DNA of 41,699 nucleotides from a virus (Duplodnaviria; Caudoviricetes): positions 1-41,699 of IMG/VR virus record IMGVR_UViG_3300046703_000022; one strand, 5' to 3'. Positions 19,134 to 29,804 of the stretch are shown here, piece after piece. Position numbers and translations under genes: made by a program. The notes beneath the pieces were generated by a model. That model made no database searches and was not told the DNA's origin. It saw only the letters and a list, made by a program, of their open reading frames with translations. Positions within the stretch are counted from its first letter, which is position 1. Every line of letters starts with the position of its first letter.

Positions 19134-20645
19134 ATGCCTACAGTACCCGTATATTCTCAATCAGTACAACAACAATCAATGCCTAGCGTTAGAGTGCAAG
19201 CATCCGCACCTACAGAATCATTTGGTGGTGGGTTAGGACAAACTATAAGCAATGCTGGAGAAGAAGCGTTTAAGATACAACAGCAAGAACAGGCTAAATC
19301 AGATATTCAAGCAGTACAGACTGCCTTGACTGGAAGTATTAAAGATATTAACGATTATCATTACAATCAAGACAGTGGAATACTTCATACGCAAGGTATA
19401 AACGCAAAAGGTATAACCGTTAATTCTGATAAGGCAACCAATGATATAACTACTAAATATTCACAAGGATTAACAGATAGTCAAAAGAAATCTTATCTAA
19501 GTACAATAACACCGCAATTACAATCTTTTAAAACCGCAACACAAAACCATGAATACCAACAAAATAATGTAGCATTACAACAGTCTTCTGATGCTTTAGC
19601 TATGCAAAATTCAGAGATAGCATCAACAGCTTATAATAATCCCGATATCGCTGATAATGCCATTAGAGTAGGTATGCAGAGTATTGCCACAAAAGGAATA
19701 TCTCTCGGACTTCCTAATGAAGCGATTAATCAAAATGTTAAAAAGTATAATGAAGGAACAGTAGCGCAAATGGTGCAAACCGCTCTTAATGTGAATGACA
19801 TAAACGGAGCTAAAACTACATTACAGAGATATAGCGATAAACTAGATGGTAATATATTTTCAGAATTAAATTCTGCCATAAGTAAAAAAGAATTACCTAT
19901 AAAGGCTAATGCTATTGCTGATAATTTATTTGCTAGTTTTGGAATGGATGAAGAATCTGGTATGGATCAACTTGAAAAACAATATGGAAATGATCCAAAT
20001 TATAAAAGTTATTCATCTGCTTATCAAGGTAAAATGGAAGATAAGCGAAGATTTAAAGCGGATAGAGAAAAGAAAACACAAGAGACTACACTGTCTCAAT
20101 TATGGAAAGCAGGAACAGTAGAAAACGCTATAAAAATAATTGATGCAGGTGTAGAAAATGGAACAATTAAGCCAGGTCAAGAAATATATCTATTAAATCA
20201 AGCTAAAGGTGCAATTAAGGCATTAACTCCTGGTTCTAAAGCTACTCCTGAAGCAAAGCACTGGGCAGGTTACGAGTTGAATGGTGGATTAGAAAGAAAT
20301 TTGTTGAAAGTAAGAGAATATTATACGCGTATTGGTAAAGGTGAAGAAATATCAGATAAAGAACAAACTAGTTACGATTATGCTGCTTCACAAGTTACCG
20401 CTTATAAAGTATTCAAGTCAAATGGTGGTTTTAATCCTGCCGAAGAAGATCAAAAGGCAGCAGAATCACAATCAAATGAACAGGGTATTTGGAAATCAAT
20501 AAATGATTTAGCGAGTAAAGGAATGTCTAAAGATGAAATAACTAATAGAATTAACATATTAGCCCCTAAATATGGATTTGATCCTAATTATTTTATTGAT
20601 AATGCTGATTGGTCTAAGCAAGGTAATAAGGGTGGTGTTAAGTAA
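19134..20645 (+). CDS. Internal virion (ejection) protein, gp15-like
   Basis: MPTVPVY start, helical 503 aa; synteny. Confidence 0.65.
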   Translation: MPTVPVYSQSVQQQSMPSVRVQASAPTESFGGGLGQTISNAGEEAFKIQQQEQAKSDIQAVQTALTGSIKDINDYHYNQDSGILHTQGINAKGITVNSDKATNDITTKYSQGLTDSQKKSYLSTITPQLQSFKTATQNHEYQQNNVALQQSSDALAMQNSEIASTAYNNPDIADNAIRVGMQSIATKGISLGLPNEAINQNVKKYNEGTVAQMVQTALNVNDINGAKTTLQRYSDKLDGNIFSELNSAISKKELPIKANAIADNLFASFGMDEESGMDQLEKQYGNDPNYKSYSSAYQGKMEDKRRFKADREKKTQETTLSQLWKAGTVENAIKIIDAGVENGTIKPGQEIYLLNQAKGAIKALTPGSKATPEAKHWAGYELNGGLERNLLKVREYYTRIGKGEEISDKEQTSYDYAASQVTAYKVFKSNGGFNPAEEDQKAAESQSNEQGIWKSINDLASKGMSKDEITNRINILAPKYGFDPNYFIDNADWSKQGNKGGVK

Positions 20646-23600
20646 TGGGTGCATATGAAGATATGATGTCTGGAACGGAGGAACTTTCTTCTGAACCTAG
20701 CAAAGGTTTATTAGGTAACGCATGGTCTGATGTTACTAGCACTTTATCAAATTATGGCACAGGAGCGGTTCAAGGATTTAAAGAAGTAGTACGTTCTGGA
20801 AATCAATTAGCAGAAAGTAACCCTTTAGCACTTACTGGTACACCTATGCAAGAAGGTATGACTAATGCACCTGCACCACCACAAACAGAACAACAACAGC
20901 AAGATCTTGCACAATACGGAACAGCAACTGGTAATTTCGGAAATGAAACAATTAAGCCAGTACTTGGAGCTGCAGCATTCGTTAATCCTATTGCAGCTGC
21001 AACATATACTCCGTTTTTAGCAAGTGATATTAAGAAATCATATCAAGAAGGTGGAGCAGGACAAGTGGCTAGGGAATTAACATATGGACCAGTTGTTGAC
21101 TTTGCTTCACAACCAGATTTATACCAACAATTCATGAATCGACCAGTTTCAACTACCGCTAGTGGAGCAATGTCAGTATTACCGTTAGCGCTGATGGGTA
21201 GAGGACTTCATGAAAGTTTAACTAAAATACCTAAAGTAACTGAAAATGGTGATTTATTAAGAGAACCTAATCCAACAATAGCAGAAGACTTTAATAATTT
21301 TAGAACAGCACAAGAGGAAGTTAAGCCAATACCTGCACCAGTAGCACCTATTGAACCTCCACCTGTAGAAGTACAAGCAAGTGCAAAAGGTTCTGACATA
21401 ATCTCTTCTGGTGAACAACAACTAGGAACACCATACCAATTGGGAGCAGACGGAATAAACGCTACTGATTGCGGTAAATTTACCCAAGATACTCTCGCTA
21501 AAAATGGAATTAACCTTGATTATAGAACGGCTGATGGACAATATTTACAACTACAAAATGAAGGTAAAACATTTACTAGTGAATCAGAAGCGCAGGTAGG
21601 TGATTTAGTATTTTTTGACGTTCCAAGTAATCGCAAAACATGGTCACCTAGTGACGATCCAGCAAGCGTAAACAGTAGCGGAGAAGCATATAAAGGTATT
21701 ACCCATGTTGGTATATACGCAGGAGAAGGAAAGGTCTTACAGGCTGGTTCTCATGGCGTTAGCTATGCTGATATTAACGCTTTTGGGGATATTGTTGGAT
21801 TTGGCAAAACGGCAGGAGAAGGAAAAGGTAAGTCAACTGTTACTACCGCACCTATTCGCAATGAAAAATCGAGTGCAGAAGCAACTAGGCAAATTGCAGA
21901 AGATCAAGCTAGTGCTGATGTTGTAAGCAAAGATTTATCTGATATTGTAAATAAGTCAGAAGAAACTTGGAAAATGAGCAAAGAAAAATATGATCAGATG
22001 ATTGATGAATCTCCAATAGTTAGTACTGCTGAAAAGGCATCATTTCCACATGAAAAAATAATCGAACAGGCAATAAAAGAAGAAAAACCAGTACCAATGG
22101 AAGTTTTAAAAGATTATCCTGAATTAGTTTCTAAATATCCTGCTGAAATAGCTAGAATAGAAAGTAAATTAAAAGAAGGAGAGCAGGCTTCACTTGGTGG
22201 TTATTCTACCATACCAGCAGAAACTACCTACAGCAAACCAGTAACTAGATCGGAAATAATTAAAGATGTTAATGAACTAATACCAGCAAGGGCAGGTAGA
22301 ATAGGATCATTTGAAGGATTATATAAGGGAGATCCAGGGGTAATTCGTTCTAAAAACTATGGAGATGTTGAAACTCTTTCACATGAAATAGGTCACTTTG
22401 TAGATAGCAAATTAAATATTGTTGGTCATGATGCTGAATTAATTAATGCTGCTGATACTCAATGGACTGGAAATAAGTCATATGATAAGTACACACCAGA
22501 ACAGCGCAGGGCAGAGGGTATAGCTGAATTTGGCAGGCAATATATGATTAATCAAGCAGAATCATTGAAAAACTTCCCAGAGTACGGAAAGGATTTTGTT
22601 GCAAAGTTAGCTACTGATAAAAAACTATCAAAACAAATTGATTTGATTAGCAATAAAATGCGAGCATGGCACGCACAATCGCCAGGGGCTAGAGCTAGAG
22701 GTGGTATGTCGTTTGCTGGTGATAATAAAAAATCAATATTAGAACAGTCTAAATATTTAGGATTAAAAGCATATGAACAATGGTCAGATGACAAAAACGG
22801 ATTAGTAAGATTCATGGATAAATTTGAAGAAGCAACTGGCGTAAAAGTTAAAATGGAAGATAATCCTGAAAGATTAGCTAGATTAGCAGAAAATTCTGCA
22901 TCTGCTAAATCTGGAATGTTAATATCTGAAAAAGATGCACCAGCGACAATTAAGGCATTGAATGTATACTTTAATGATGCTTTGATCCATGAAGTAACAA
23001 TTAATTCAATTCTAGATAGAGTTAGAAACGAAGTTACAAATAAAGATTACCCTGATTATTTATATAAAAACAATTTTAAAAGTTGGGATCAAGCATTTAG
23101 TACATATTTAACAGCAGAAAGGCAACTTGAAATACAAAGTAGAGAACCTAATTATCTTGGATCAATGAGCAAAGAAGATGCTAAATCGTTTTTATCAGAT
23201 GCACCTAAAGGATTTTCTGATATTGCACAAGAATTTTATAACTTTGGTGATAATCTTCTTAGAATTAGATTAAATGATGGGTTAATCAGCTTAGAACAAT
23301 ATAATGCAATTAAGGAATCAGGTAAAAAATACGCTAGTATGTCTAGAGATTTTTCAGATACATCTACTAAAATTAATGGTAATTCCGCTGGGAAAGGCTT
23401 TGGTAATATTGCTGATAAGTTGAAAAGTTTAACTGAGCAAGGATCGGGTAGAAATGTTTTAAATCCTGTAGAAACTATGATTAAAGATACTTATACAACT
23501 TTAAACGTGGTAGAAAGAAACAGAGTGGCTAAAGCATTTGTTAAACTAGCTGATATTGAAGGATCGGGAAGATTTATAGAAAAGGTAGACGGAATAGCTG

Positions 23601-25195
23601 ATTCTAAAAATAGCATATTTACAATTTTAGTAGACGGTAAAAAACAAGCATATCAGACCGAACCAGAGTACTATAGAGCAATAATGTCATTAGAAGAAAA
23701 GTCATTACCTACATGGACTAAATTTTTCACTATACCTGCAAAATGGGCAAGAATGGGAGCAACTACCACACTTAATTTTATAGGTAAGAATACTGCTAGA
23801 GATACAATAGAAGCTGGTTTATACAGTAGAAATGGTTTTATTCCAGTAGTTGATACCGTTAAAGGCATATTTGCAATGTTTAAAAATGAAGACTTATACA
23901 ATGAGTATCTTTCTAGCGGGGCTGATATGGGATCTAGAATGAATATGAATAGAGATATGTTAGATAGACAAATAAGTGATACGTTAAAAGGAAAAGATTT
24001 TAGCAATCCCATAAATTCAATTAAAACTCTTGCAAAAACAGCTAAAGAAGAGCCATTAAAATTAGCATATGAAGTACCTAAAACCATAATAACAGCTTTA
24101 GAATGGGGGGCTAAAATTTCTGAAACTGGAACTAGATTAGGAGAATATTCTAAAGCTAGAGGTCTAGGAAAGCCAATACAAGAAGCTGCATTAGATGGTC
24201 AAAGCGTAACATTGAATTTCACTAGAGGCGGCTCGATTGGAAAGCAAGTTAACCAGTTTATTCCGTTCTTTAATGCATCTATCCAAGGTGTTGATAAATT
24301 TGCAAGAGCAATTGCTACCGACAATACGGTTAGGGCAAAAACATCAGGACTAGTACTAGCTACAGCATTAATAGCTATTATGAACGCTGATAATAGACAA
24401 ATTCAGGAACTTCCTCAATGGGAAAAAGATACAAATTGGTTTTTCCCTATTGGTGATCAAATTCTTAAAATTCCCAAACCACAAGAAATAAACATATTTT
24501 TCAATGCAGCCGAAGAAGCAGTTAATTATATTAAAAACAACAGTACTAGAACTGGTGGCGAATTTCTTACAGAATCGTTAAAGGGATTTATTCCTAATAT
24601 GATTCCAAGTGTTGCGCTTACAATAGGTGAATGGATTACTGGTTATTCAGCATTTAGGCAAAAGGATATCGTACCGCAAGCTATGCAAAACATGAAACCA
24701 GAGAATCAATTTAACACTAAGACTTCGGAGACAGCTAAAGGTATCGGTAAACTTACTGGAACTTCTCCAATGAAGTTAGATAATGCATTTAATGATATCG
24801 GGGCAGGATTAGCAGGTTATTTAGTATTATCAACGGATGCATTACTAAATGGAATTGCAGGTAAAGATAAGGTTCAGGCAACAAAAGATATATCAGATTA
24901 TCCATTAGCTAGTGCCTTTTTATCAAAAAATGAGAATACACTATCACAAAGTACCAAGAATTTTTATGATAAATTAAAAGAACTTGAACAAGATCATATG
25001 GAAAATGGTAAAAAAGGTGTGGTCAAACCAGAACTGCAAAAATATAGGAGAGCCAATACCGCATTACAGGAAGTTTACAAACAAAATAAGATCATATTAG
25101 GAGATAACAATATTACTTCTGATACTAAGAAGGCTAAAATCGATACATTGCAACAGAAACATAATCAAATAATATTAAAAGCATTAGGTAAATAA
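20645..25195 (+). CDS. Large ejection/polyvalent protein with NlpC/P60 peptidase, HExxH motif and LPD38-like C-terminus
   Basis: LGTPYQLG...DCGKF...HVGIYAG; SHEIGH...EGIAEF; LPQWEKDTNWFF...KIPKPQE. Confidence 0.8.
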   Translation: MGAYEDMMSGTEELSSEPSKGLLGNAWSDVTSTLSNYGTGAVQGFKEVVRSGNQLAESNPLALTGTPMQEGMTNAPAPPQTEQQQQDLAQYGTATGNFGNETIKPVLGAAAFVNPIAAATYTPFLASDIKKSYQEGGAGQVARELTYGPVVDFASQPDLYQQFMNRPVSTTASGAMSVLPLALMGRGLHESLTKIPKVTENGDLLREPNPTIAEDFNNFRTAQEEVKPIPAPVAPIEPPPVEVQASAKGSDIISSGEQQLGTPYQLGADGINATDCGKFTQDTLAKNGINLDYRTADGQYLQLQNEGKTFTSESEAQVGDLVFFDVPSNRKTWSPSDDPASVNSSGEAYKGITHVGIYAGEGKVLQAGSHGVSYADINAFGDIVGFGKTAGEGKGKSTVTTAPIRNEKSSAEATRQIAEDQASADVVSKDLSDIVNKSEETWKMSKEKYDQMIDESPIVSTAEKASFPHEKIIEQAIKEEKPVPMEVLKDYPELVSKYPAEIARIESKLKEGEQASLGGYSTIPAETTYSKPVTRSEIIKDVNELIPARAGRIGSFEGLYKGDPGVIRSKNYGDVETLSHEIGHFVDSKLNIVGHDAELINAADTQWTGNKSYDKYTPEQRRAEGIAEFGRQYMINQAESLKNFPEYGKDFVAKLATDKKLSKQIDLISNKMRAWHAQSPGARARGGMSFAGDNKKSILEQSKYLGLKAYEQWSDDKNGLVRFMDKFEEATGVKVKMEDNPERLARLAENSASAKSGMLISEKDAPATIKALNVYFNDALIHEVTINSILDRVRNEVTNKDYPDYLYKNNFKSWDQAFSTYLTAERQLEIQSREPNYLGSMSKEDAKSFLSDAPKGFSDIAQEFYNFGDNLLRIRLNDGLISLEQYNAIKESGKKYASMSRDFSDTSTKINGNSAGKGFGNIADKLKSLTEQGSGRNVLNPVETMIKDTYTTLNVVERNRVAKAFVKLADIEGSGRFIEKVDGIADSKNSIFTILVDGKKQAYQTEPEYYRAIMSLEEKSLPTWTKFFTIPAKWARMGATTTLNFIGKNTARDTIEAGLYSRNGFIPVVDTVKGIFAMFKNEDLYNEYLSSGADMGSRMNMNRDMLDRQISDTLKGKDFSNPINSIKTLAKTAKEEPLKLAYEVPKTIITALEWGAKISETGTRLGEYSKARGLGKPIQEAALDGQSVTLNFTRGGSIGKQVNQFIPFFNASIQGVDKFARAIATDNTVRAKTSGLVLATALIAIMNADNRQIQELPQWEKDTNWFFPIGDQILKIPKPQEINIFFNAAEEAVNYIKNNSTRTGGEFLTESLKGFIPNMIPSVALTIGEWITGYSAFRQKDIVPQAMQNMKPENQFNTKTSETAKGIGKLTGTSPMKLDNAFNDIGAGLAGYLVLSTDALLNGIAGKDKVQATKDISDYPLASAFLSKNENTLSQSTKNFYDKLKELEQDHMENGKKGVVKPELQKYRRANTALQEVYKQNKIILGDNNITSDTKKAKIDTLQQKHNQIILKALGK

Positions 25196-25222
25196 AAAAA
25201 GAGCGATTAATTTCGCCCTTTA
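25194..25222. terminator. Bidirectional terminator
   Basis: A-run + GAGCGA-TTAATT-TCGCCC + TTT between convergent genes. Confidence 0.55.
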
Positions 25223-25570
25223 ACTATTAACAAGTTTATCTGCTAACTGTTGTTTCTTGTTTTTAAGGTATTCCATAACGTCTTTCTTGCCCATCAATAA
25301 AAAATATATAAAAGTATAAAATGAAATTATACCAATCATCGTGTGGAACAATTTGTTATAATTAACCTCTCCAACTGATGCAGTTAATTTACCGTAATTG
25401 TAACTATACCTTTCGCTTTCTGAGTCAGTAATAGATATATATTTATCGCTTAATACTACATTATTATATGTTTTGCTGGTTATTACCATTTTATGAGGAA
25501 CTTCAATACATGATAAAAATATAGTTAGAGAGAACATAAATATTATAATTCTTTTTAATTTCATTGACAT
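25220..25570 (-). CDS. Moron: membrane protein with two hydrophobic segments
   Basis: Opposite strand; own promoter TTGATA-17-TATTAT (25624-25596); GGATGGTG RBS. Confidence 0.7.
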   Translation of the reverse strand: MSMKLKRIIIFMFSLTIFLSCIEVPHKMVITSKTYNNVVLSDKYISITDSESERYSYNYGKLTASVGEVNYNKLFHTMIGIISFYTFIYFLLMGKKDVMEYLKNKKQQLADKLVNS

Positions 25571-25671
25571 TATTTACACCATCCGTTTTTCTTCCATAAT
25601 ATCACTAATTAAACAGCGTATCAAGAGATTACAGAAATGTAGTCTCTATTTTATTTATAAGGAGGCAACAC

Positions 25672-28191
25672 ATGACAGTATCATCAACACTTAACAAGCA
25701 AATATATGTAGGGAATAGCACAACAAAAACCTTCGACTATACCTTTTACACACTAGCAGAAGGTGACTTAAAACTATATCTAACAAACATAACTACTGGT
25801 GTAGAAACAGAAATAACAACCAATTATGATGTTTCACCAACGGGCGATGCTTTCCCTGCCGAAAGTGGAACAGTAACATATCCAGTAGTTGGTGATCCAA
25901 TAACGTCTAATTATAAGTTTACTGTTATTAGGGATATGACTGTTTTACAACCAACAGTATATCCAAATAATACAGCACTTAAGCCAAAAGTAGTAGAAAA
26001 GTCATTTGATAGAATCACGATGATTTCACAACAACAGCAAGAAAAAATAGATAGAACTTTAAAACTATCAATTACTGTTCCTGACGGAATTAGCAGGCAA
26101 TTGCCATCTCCAACAGCAAACGATGTTCTCGGATGGAATAGCACCGGAACTGCATTGGAAAATAAAGTACCTGCAGGGATAGTAGTTCCAACATGGACAG
26201 CGACATTAACTGCTGGTGGTAATGATTATACAAATACTATTAAAACTGCAGACATTATAAGTAAAGGCCCTTGGGTAGATGTTAGAGCATTTGGAGGACT
26301 TGATGACTATGGTATTGCAATTACACCTACGAATTCCTTTGATGCAATCCTAGGTATTTACAGTGCCTATCCCACAGGATGCATAATAAAATTACCTAAA
26401 ACGATTTCAGGTGTTTACTATATATCTGGGGATGCTTATCAGGGTGATCTATCTCAGTATACCCTTGATCCCGATCCAGGTGTTTCTATTAGATTTGTTG
26501 GAACTTTTTGCCCACTGATAGGAAAGGGTGTCAATGTAACAAAGCCATTAAACATTAGAATAGTAGATTTAGGATATACCTTCCACTTAGGAGTTCAGGC
26601 ATACTTAGACCTATCAGAAAAAAGAACCTTCTTATCAACCATAGATGGAGAAAAAACAATGCCTATATCATTATCGGGACTTTATTCTAAAAATTATATA
26701 ATAACTTGGCCTGATGGCCCCGTTGATCCAGCTACTCCATCGGTTATTGTTGAAGACTCTGTCCAATGGAATCCTGTGTCAACTACAGGATTTAATCTAA
26801 CAACATATCCAGTTAGACCAGGTAATGAGTTGCATGCATATTTTTATCGCCCTGGCTCTGATGGCTTAGGATTAGTTTGCGTAGGTGTTTTAACAGATAA
26901 AGGCTATAGTGTTGTTAGGCAATATGAACATGGAGGTCCTTTAATTTCAACGGTTAAATCTGGAACTAACCCTGTAATAGAGGTAAACATACCATTTACT
27001 ACAACTCCACAGGTATCATACCATTTTGCTAATGCTTTAACAGGTATTAAAATACATTCAGCTAGATCATATTCAGTGTTAGTAAACGGTATAGAAGTTG
27101 CTTATGTTAAAGATGCTGGTGGAAATATTTTAGAGGCTGGATGGGGGTTAGGATTTTGGAGTAGTTCTAATGCTGGTTATATTGGTGGCATGGTAAAAAT
27201 AAATGGTAAAAAATCTATGGGTATGCGTCCATTAAAAATAGTAGTTACAGGCGATTCAATAACTGATAAGAATGTACCCTGTTCATGGACTGAGTATATG
27301 AGACAATACATGTCTGGATTTGCAGGTGTTCAATTTTTAGATATAAATAATATCGCCGTATCGGGAGCTACAAGTTCCTCACAGAAAACATCTTTGTTAG
27401 CTACGAGTATCGAAGGATACGACTATTGTCTAATACAACTTGGTGTCAATGATATACAGGGGCTTACTGGAGTAACTAATTTTACACAGACAATCAGTGA
27501 TATGATAGACTATTGTTACACTAACAACGTCACACCAATTGTTGGAGTACCAACAATGTTCTATGAGCAATCTGATGCAATACCTTATGGAAATACTGGG
27601 CAAGCATCTGTTAACTCTGCCGAAGGAAGTGCTTATAGAACAGCATTATTACGTATGTTATATACTAAAGGCGTGCAAGCAAATATGTTAACTTTACAAG
27701 ATATGGGAGGTATAACACCGTCACTTTTAGTTACTTCTGGTGCTGATTCTGTATTAATGGATAATATACATCCTACGGCTTATGGTAGAATGATATTAGG
27801 TTATGGGTGGGCTAAAACACTGGCAAGTGCTATCAATCCAAAAATAAATAAAGACACATTACCTTCTATACTAGTAAGTGCATGGGTAACAACAGGATAT
27901 GGTAGGGCAGGTAGTACTTATGATATTCAAGGGGACTTGTTTTCATTATCTGGTTATTTAACATGGGCAGGGACAGCGATTACCGATGGAACAGTCGTAA
28001 TGCAATTGCCACTTTGTTACTCCCCTAAATCAAATAAGACACTTTCTATTGTTTATTCTGATGCTACAGGTATTCCTAAAGGAAGTTGCTATGCACAGAT
28101 AAGCACGGTTGGCACTGTGACATTATACGGCGTTCCAATAAATACAATATATTTTTATTTAAGCGGAATTAGTTATACGCTGGCTGAATAA
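25672..28191 (+). CDS. Tail fibre/spike with SGNH/GDSL esterase domain
   Basis: T7 gp17-like N-terminal adaptor (YVGNSTTKTFDYTF...FDRITMISQQ); GDSIT, AVSG, GVND, DNIHP blocks. Confidence 0.85.
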   Translation: MTVSSTLNKQIYVGNSTTKTFDYTFYTLAEGDLKLYLTNITTGVETEITTNYDVSPTGDAFPAESGTVTYPVVGDPITSNYKFTVIRDMTVLQPTVYPNNTALKPKVVEKSFDRITMISQQQQEKIDRTLKLSITVPDGISRQLPSPTANDVLGWNSTGTALENKVPAGIVVPTWTATLTAGGNDYTNTIKTADIISKGPWVDVRAFGGLDDYGIAITPTNSFDAILGIYSAYPTGCIIKLPKTISGVYYISGDAYQGDLSQYTLDPDPGVSIRFVGTFCPLIGKGVNVTKPLNIRIVDLGYTFHLGVQAYLDLSEKRTFLSTIDGEKTMPISLSGLYSKNYIITWPDGPVDPATPSVIVEDSVQWNPVSTTGFNLTTYPVRPGNELHAYFYRPGSDGLGLVCVGVLTDKGYSVVRQYEHGGPLISTVKSGTNPVIEVNIPFTTTPQVSYHFANALTGIKIHSARSYSVLVNGIEVAYVKDAGGNILEAGWGLGFWSSSNAGYIGGMVKINGKKSMGMRPLKIVVTGDSITDKNVPCSWTEYMRQYMSGFAGVQFLDINNIAVSGATSSSQKTSLLATSIEGYDYCLIQLGVNDIQGLTGVTNFTQTISDMIDYCYTNNVTPIVGVPTMFYEQSDAIPYGNTGQASVNSAEGSAYRTALLRMLYTKGVQANMLTLQDMGGITPSLLVTSGADSVLMDNIHPTAYGRMILGYGWAKTLASAINPKINKDTLPSILVSAWVTTGYGRAGSTYDIQGDLFSLSGYLTWAGTAITDGTVVMQLPLCYSPKSNKTLSIVYSDATGIPKGSCYAQISTVGTVTLYGVPINTIYFYLSGISYTLAE

Positions 28192-28262
28192 TCAAACACT
28201 AAACCAAAACATAACTATTTATAACATTACAATTAAATAGAAATATATGGTATACTTTAACA

Positions 28263-28388
28263 GACGCACGAATAGCCATTGTTAGCTTCTTTGGCGACAA
28301 GAGGTGTTCCCAGACTCTTTCGTGCGTATTTATTGGGAATTAAAATACATTGGGAATAGGACATAGAGCCTTTAGTGGCTTATTTTTT
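28263..28388 (+). ncRNA. Candidate structured small RNA or leader (three-way junction)
   Basis: TG-G-TATACT at 28248-28256; ACGCACGAA/TTCGTGCGT closing stem with two internal hairpins; short terminator-like hairpin ending ~28388. Confidence 0.4.
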
Positions 28389-28409
28389 ATGTCCGAAGAG
28401 GAGGAACGA

Positions 28410-28652
28410 GTGGAACATGTATCAGAATTAATCAAACTTTCGTCAGAGATGATTAACAAGACAGACCATATAAACCAACGGCTAGTACAAGCTTTGATAA
28501 TATCAGTAATAGCATTTTCATTATGCTTGACCATTACGTTAGTTGGTATCAGTTATTTTTATTTTACAACTGATTATGGATTTGGAACTGTAAACCAAAC
28601 CCAAACAAATACAGAAAATAGCAATCAAAATATTAATAAGGGAGTGAAATAA
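28410..28652 (+). CDS. Single-TM membrane protein (lysis region)
   Basis: GAGGAGG RBS before GTG; hydrophobic ALIISVIAFSLCLTITLVGISYFYF. Confidence 0.6.
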   Translation: MEHVSELIKLSSEMINKTDHINQRLVQALIISVIAFSLCLTITLVGISYFYFTTDYGFGTVNQTQTNTENSNQNINKGVK

Positions 28653-28655
28653 CAC

Positions 28656-28709
28656 ATGGCAAAACCAAATAAACCAAACAAACCTACTAAACCAGGAAGA
28701 GGTAACTAA
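28656..28709 (+). CDS. 17-aa basic peptide MAKPNKPNKPTKPGRGN
   Basis: AAGGGAG RBS; fills the gap between two genes. Confidence 0.45.
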   Translation: MAKPNKPNKPTKPGRGN

Positions 28710-28710
28710 T

Positions 28711-28995
28711 ATGGCAACATGCGAACTGCACACAGAACTAGTTAAAAGAATTGATAAATGCGAAATTGCCATTAAGAATCTAGAGACACAAGATAATGTA
28801 TTGTCTAACCAACAAACTAGAATCAATACCAAACTTGATTTTATTAGCGACATGATAAAAGACCTAAAGAAGGAAATAACTAAGCTTACAGAGCAACCAG
28901 CGAAGCGTTGGGACACTTTAATAAATGCAGGGATAGCAGGGGTGATATCGTTAGTACTGTCAGGAGCAATTACCTTTGCACTTACCAGGCATTAG
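28711..28995 (+). CDS. XhlA/holin-like coiled-coil protein with C-terminal TM
   Basis: Coiled coil then PAKRWDTLINAGIAGVISLVLSGAITF. Confidence 0.7.
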   Translation: MATCELHTELVKRIDKCEIAIKNLETQDNVLSNQQTRINTKLDFISDMIKDLKKEITKLTEQPAKRWDTLINAGIAGVISLVLSGAITFALTRH

Positions 28996-29004
28996 GAGGG
29001 ATTC

Positions 29005-29232
29005 ATGCTAGATAAAATAAAACATCATTTAATTGAAATATTTGCATGTATGTTTTTAATATTATTTATTGATTGGAGCGTTGGCTATTATGCTAACGCT
29101 CTTTTTAATACCAAATTTGACCTGCAAAGTTGTTGGGGTGGAGTTGCTGCGCTTGGTGGATCAGGTACACTTGCAGCAATCAAGTACATTTACGACTCTA
29201 AATATAACAGCGAGGAGAATAAACCATTATGA
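29005..29232 (+). CDS. Holin
   Basis: 75 aa, two hydrophobic segments, overlaps the lysin start; AGGAGG RBS. Confidence 0.65.
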   Translation: MLDKIKHHLIEIFACMFLILFIDWSVGYYANALFNTKFDLQSCWGGVAALGGSGTLAAIKYIYDSKYNSEENKPL

Positions 29233-29804
29233 CAAATGAAGAACTTGCAAAAGAAATAGCACTAGGTATTATCAATACAGGTGTAGAAGGTGGCTATGAC
29301 AACGTGTGTTGCTCTACAGCAGGAGATTACCCTTGCATGGGTGTTTCGTCATGGGAAGGAATAAACGGGCGTGGTGATGCTTTACTGTCCTGTATAGATG
29401 GTGGACAAAAGTTTATAGGTAGAACATATAGCGATATCAGAGATAATGGAGAAAGGCAAGAACTAAAAAGTTTACTCAATTCAGAGCAAGGACAACTAGC
29501 ACAACAGGCTATTCTTACACAAGATTGCCTTGATTTATATGTTCCAGTACTGAATGAAGTTGAGAATCTTGATGATAGTAAATGTTTTATTTATGCTGGT
29601 ATATGGTGTCCTACTTCTCACTATGTTGTAAAAAACTTCTTGCGTAAACGCCAAGACAATCATGATATTAGAAATATAGAAGAATTAAAGGATATTTTCC
29701 GTGATCAATATTATATTGCTGCAGATGTGGGTGACCAATATGCAGAAGGGTATGCAAACCGAGCAGTAAACACTTATGACTATGTGAGTAATTTATCATG
29801 TTAG
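29229..29804 (+). CDS. Putative endolysin (lysozyme-like)
   Basis: Between holin and spanin-like genes; GVEGGYD.V...GDYP.MGVSSW, GYANR. Confidence 0.65.
   Translation: MTNEELAKEIALGIINTGVEGGYDNVCCSTAGDYPCMGVSSWEGINGRGDALLSCIDGGQKFIGRTYSDIRDNGERQELKSLLNSEQGQLAQQAILTQDCLDLYVPVLNEVENLDDSKCFIYAGIWCPTSHYVVKNFLRKRQDNHDIRNIEELKDIFRDQYYIAADVGDQYAEGYANRAVNTYDYVSNLSC

Noticed and set aside
25672-28340. Diversity-generating retroelement, given the BPP-1-like virion genes
   Set aside because: No reverse transcriptase and no TR/VR repeat pair seen
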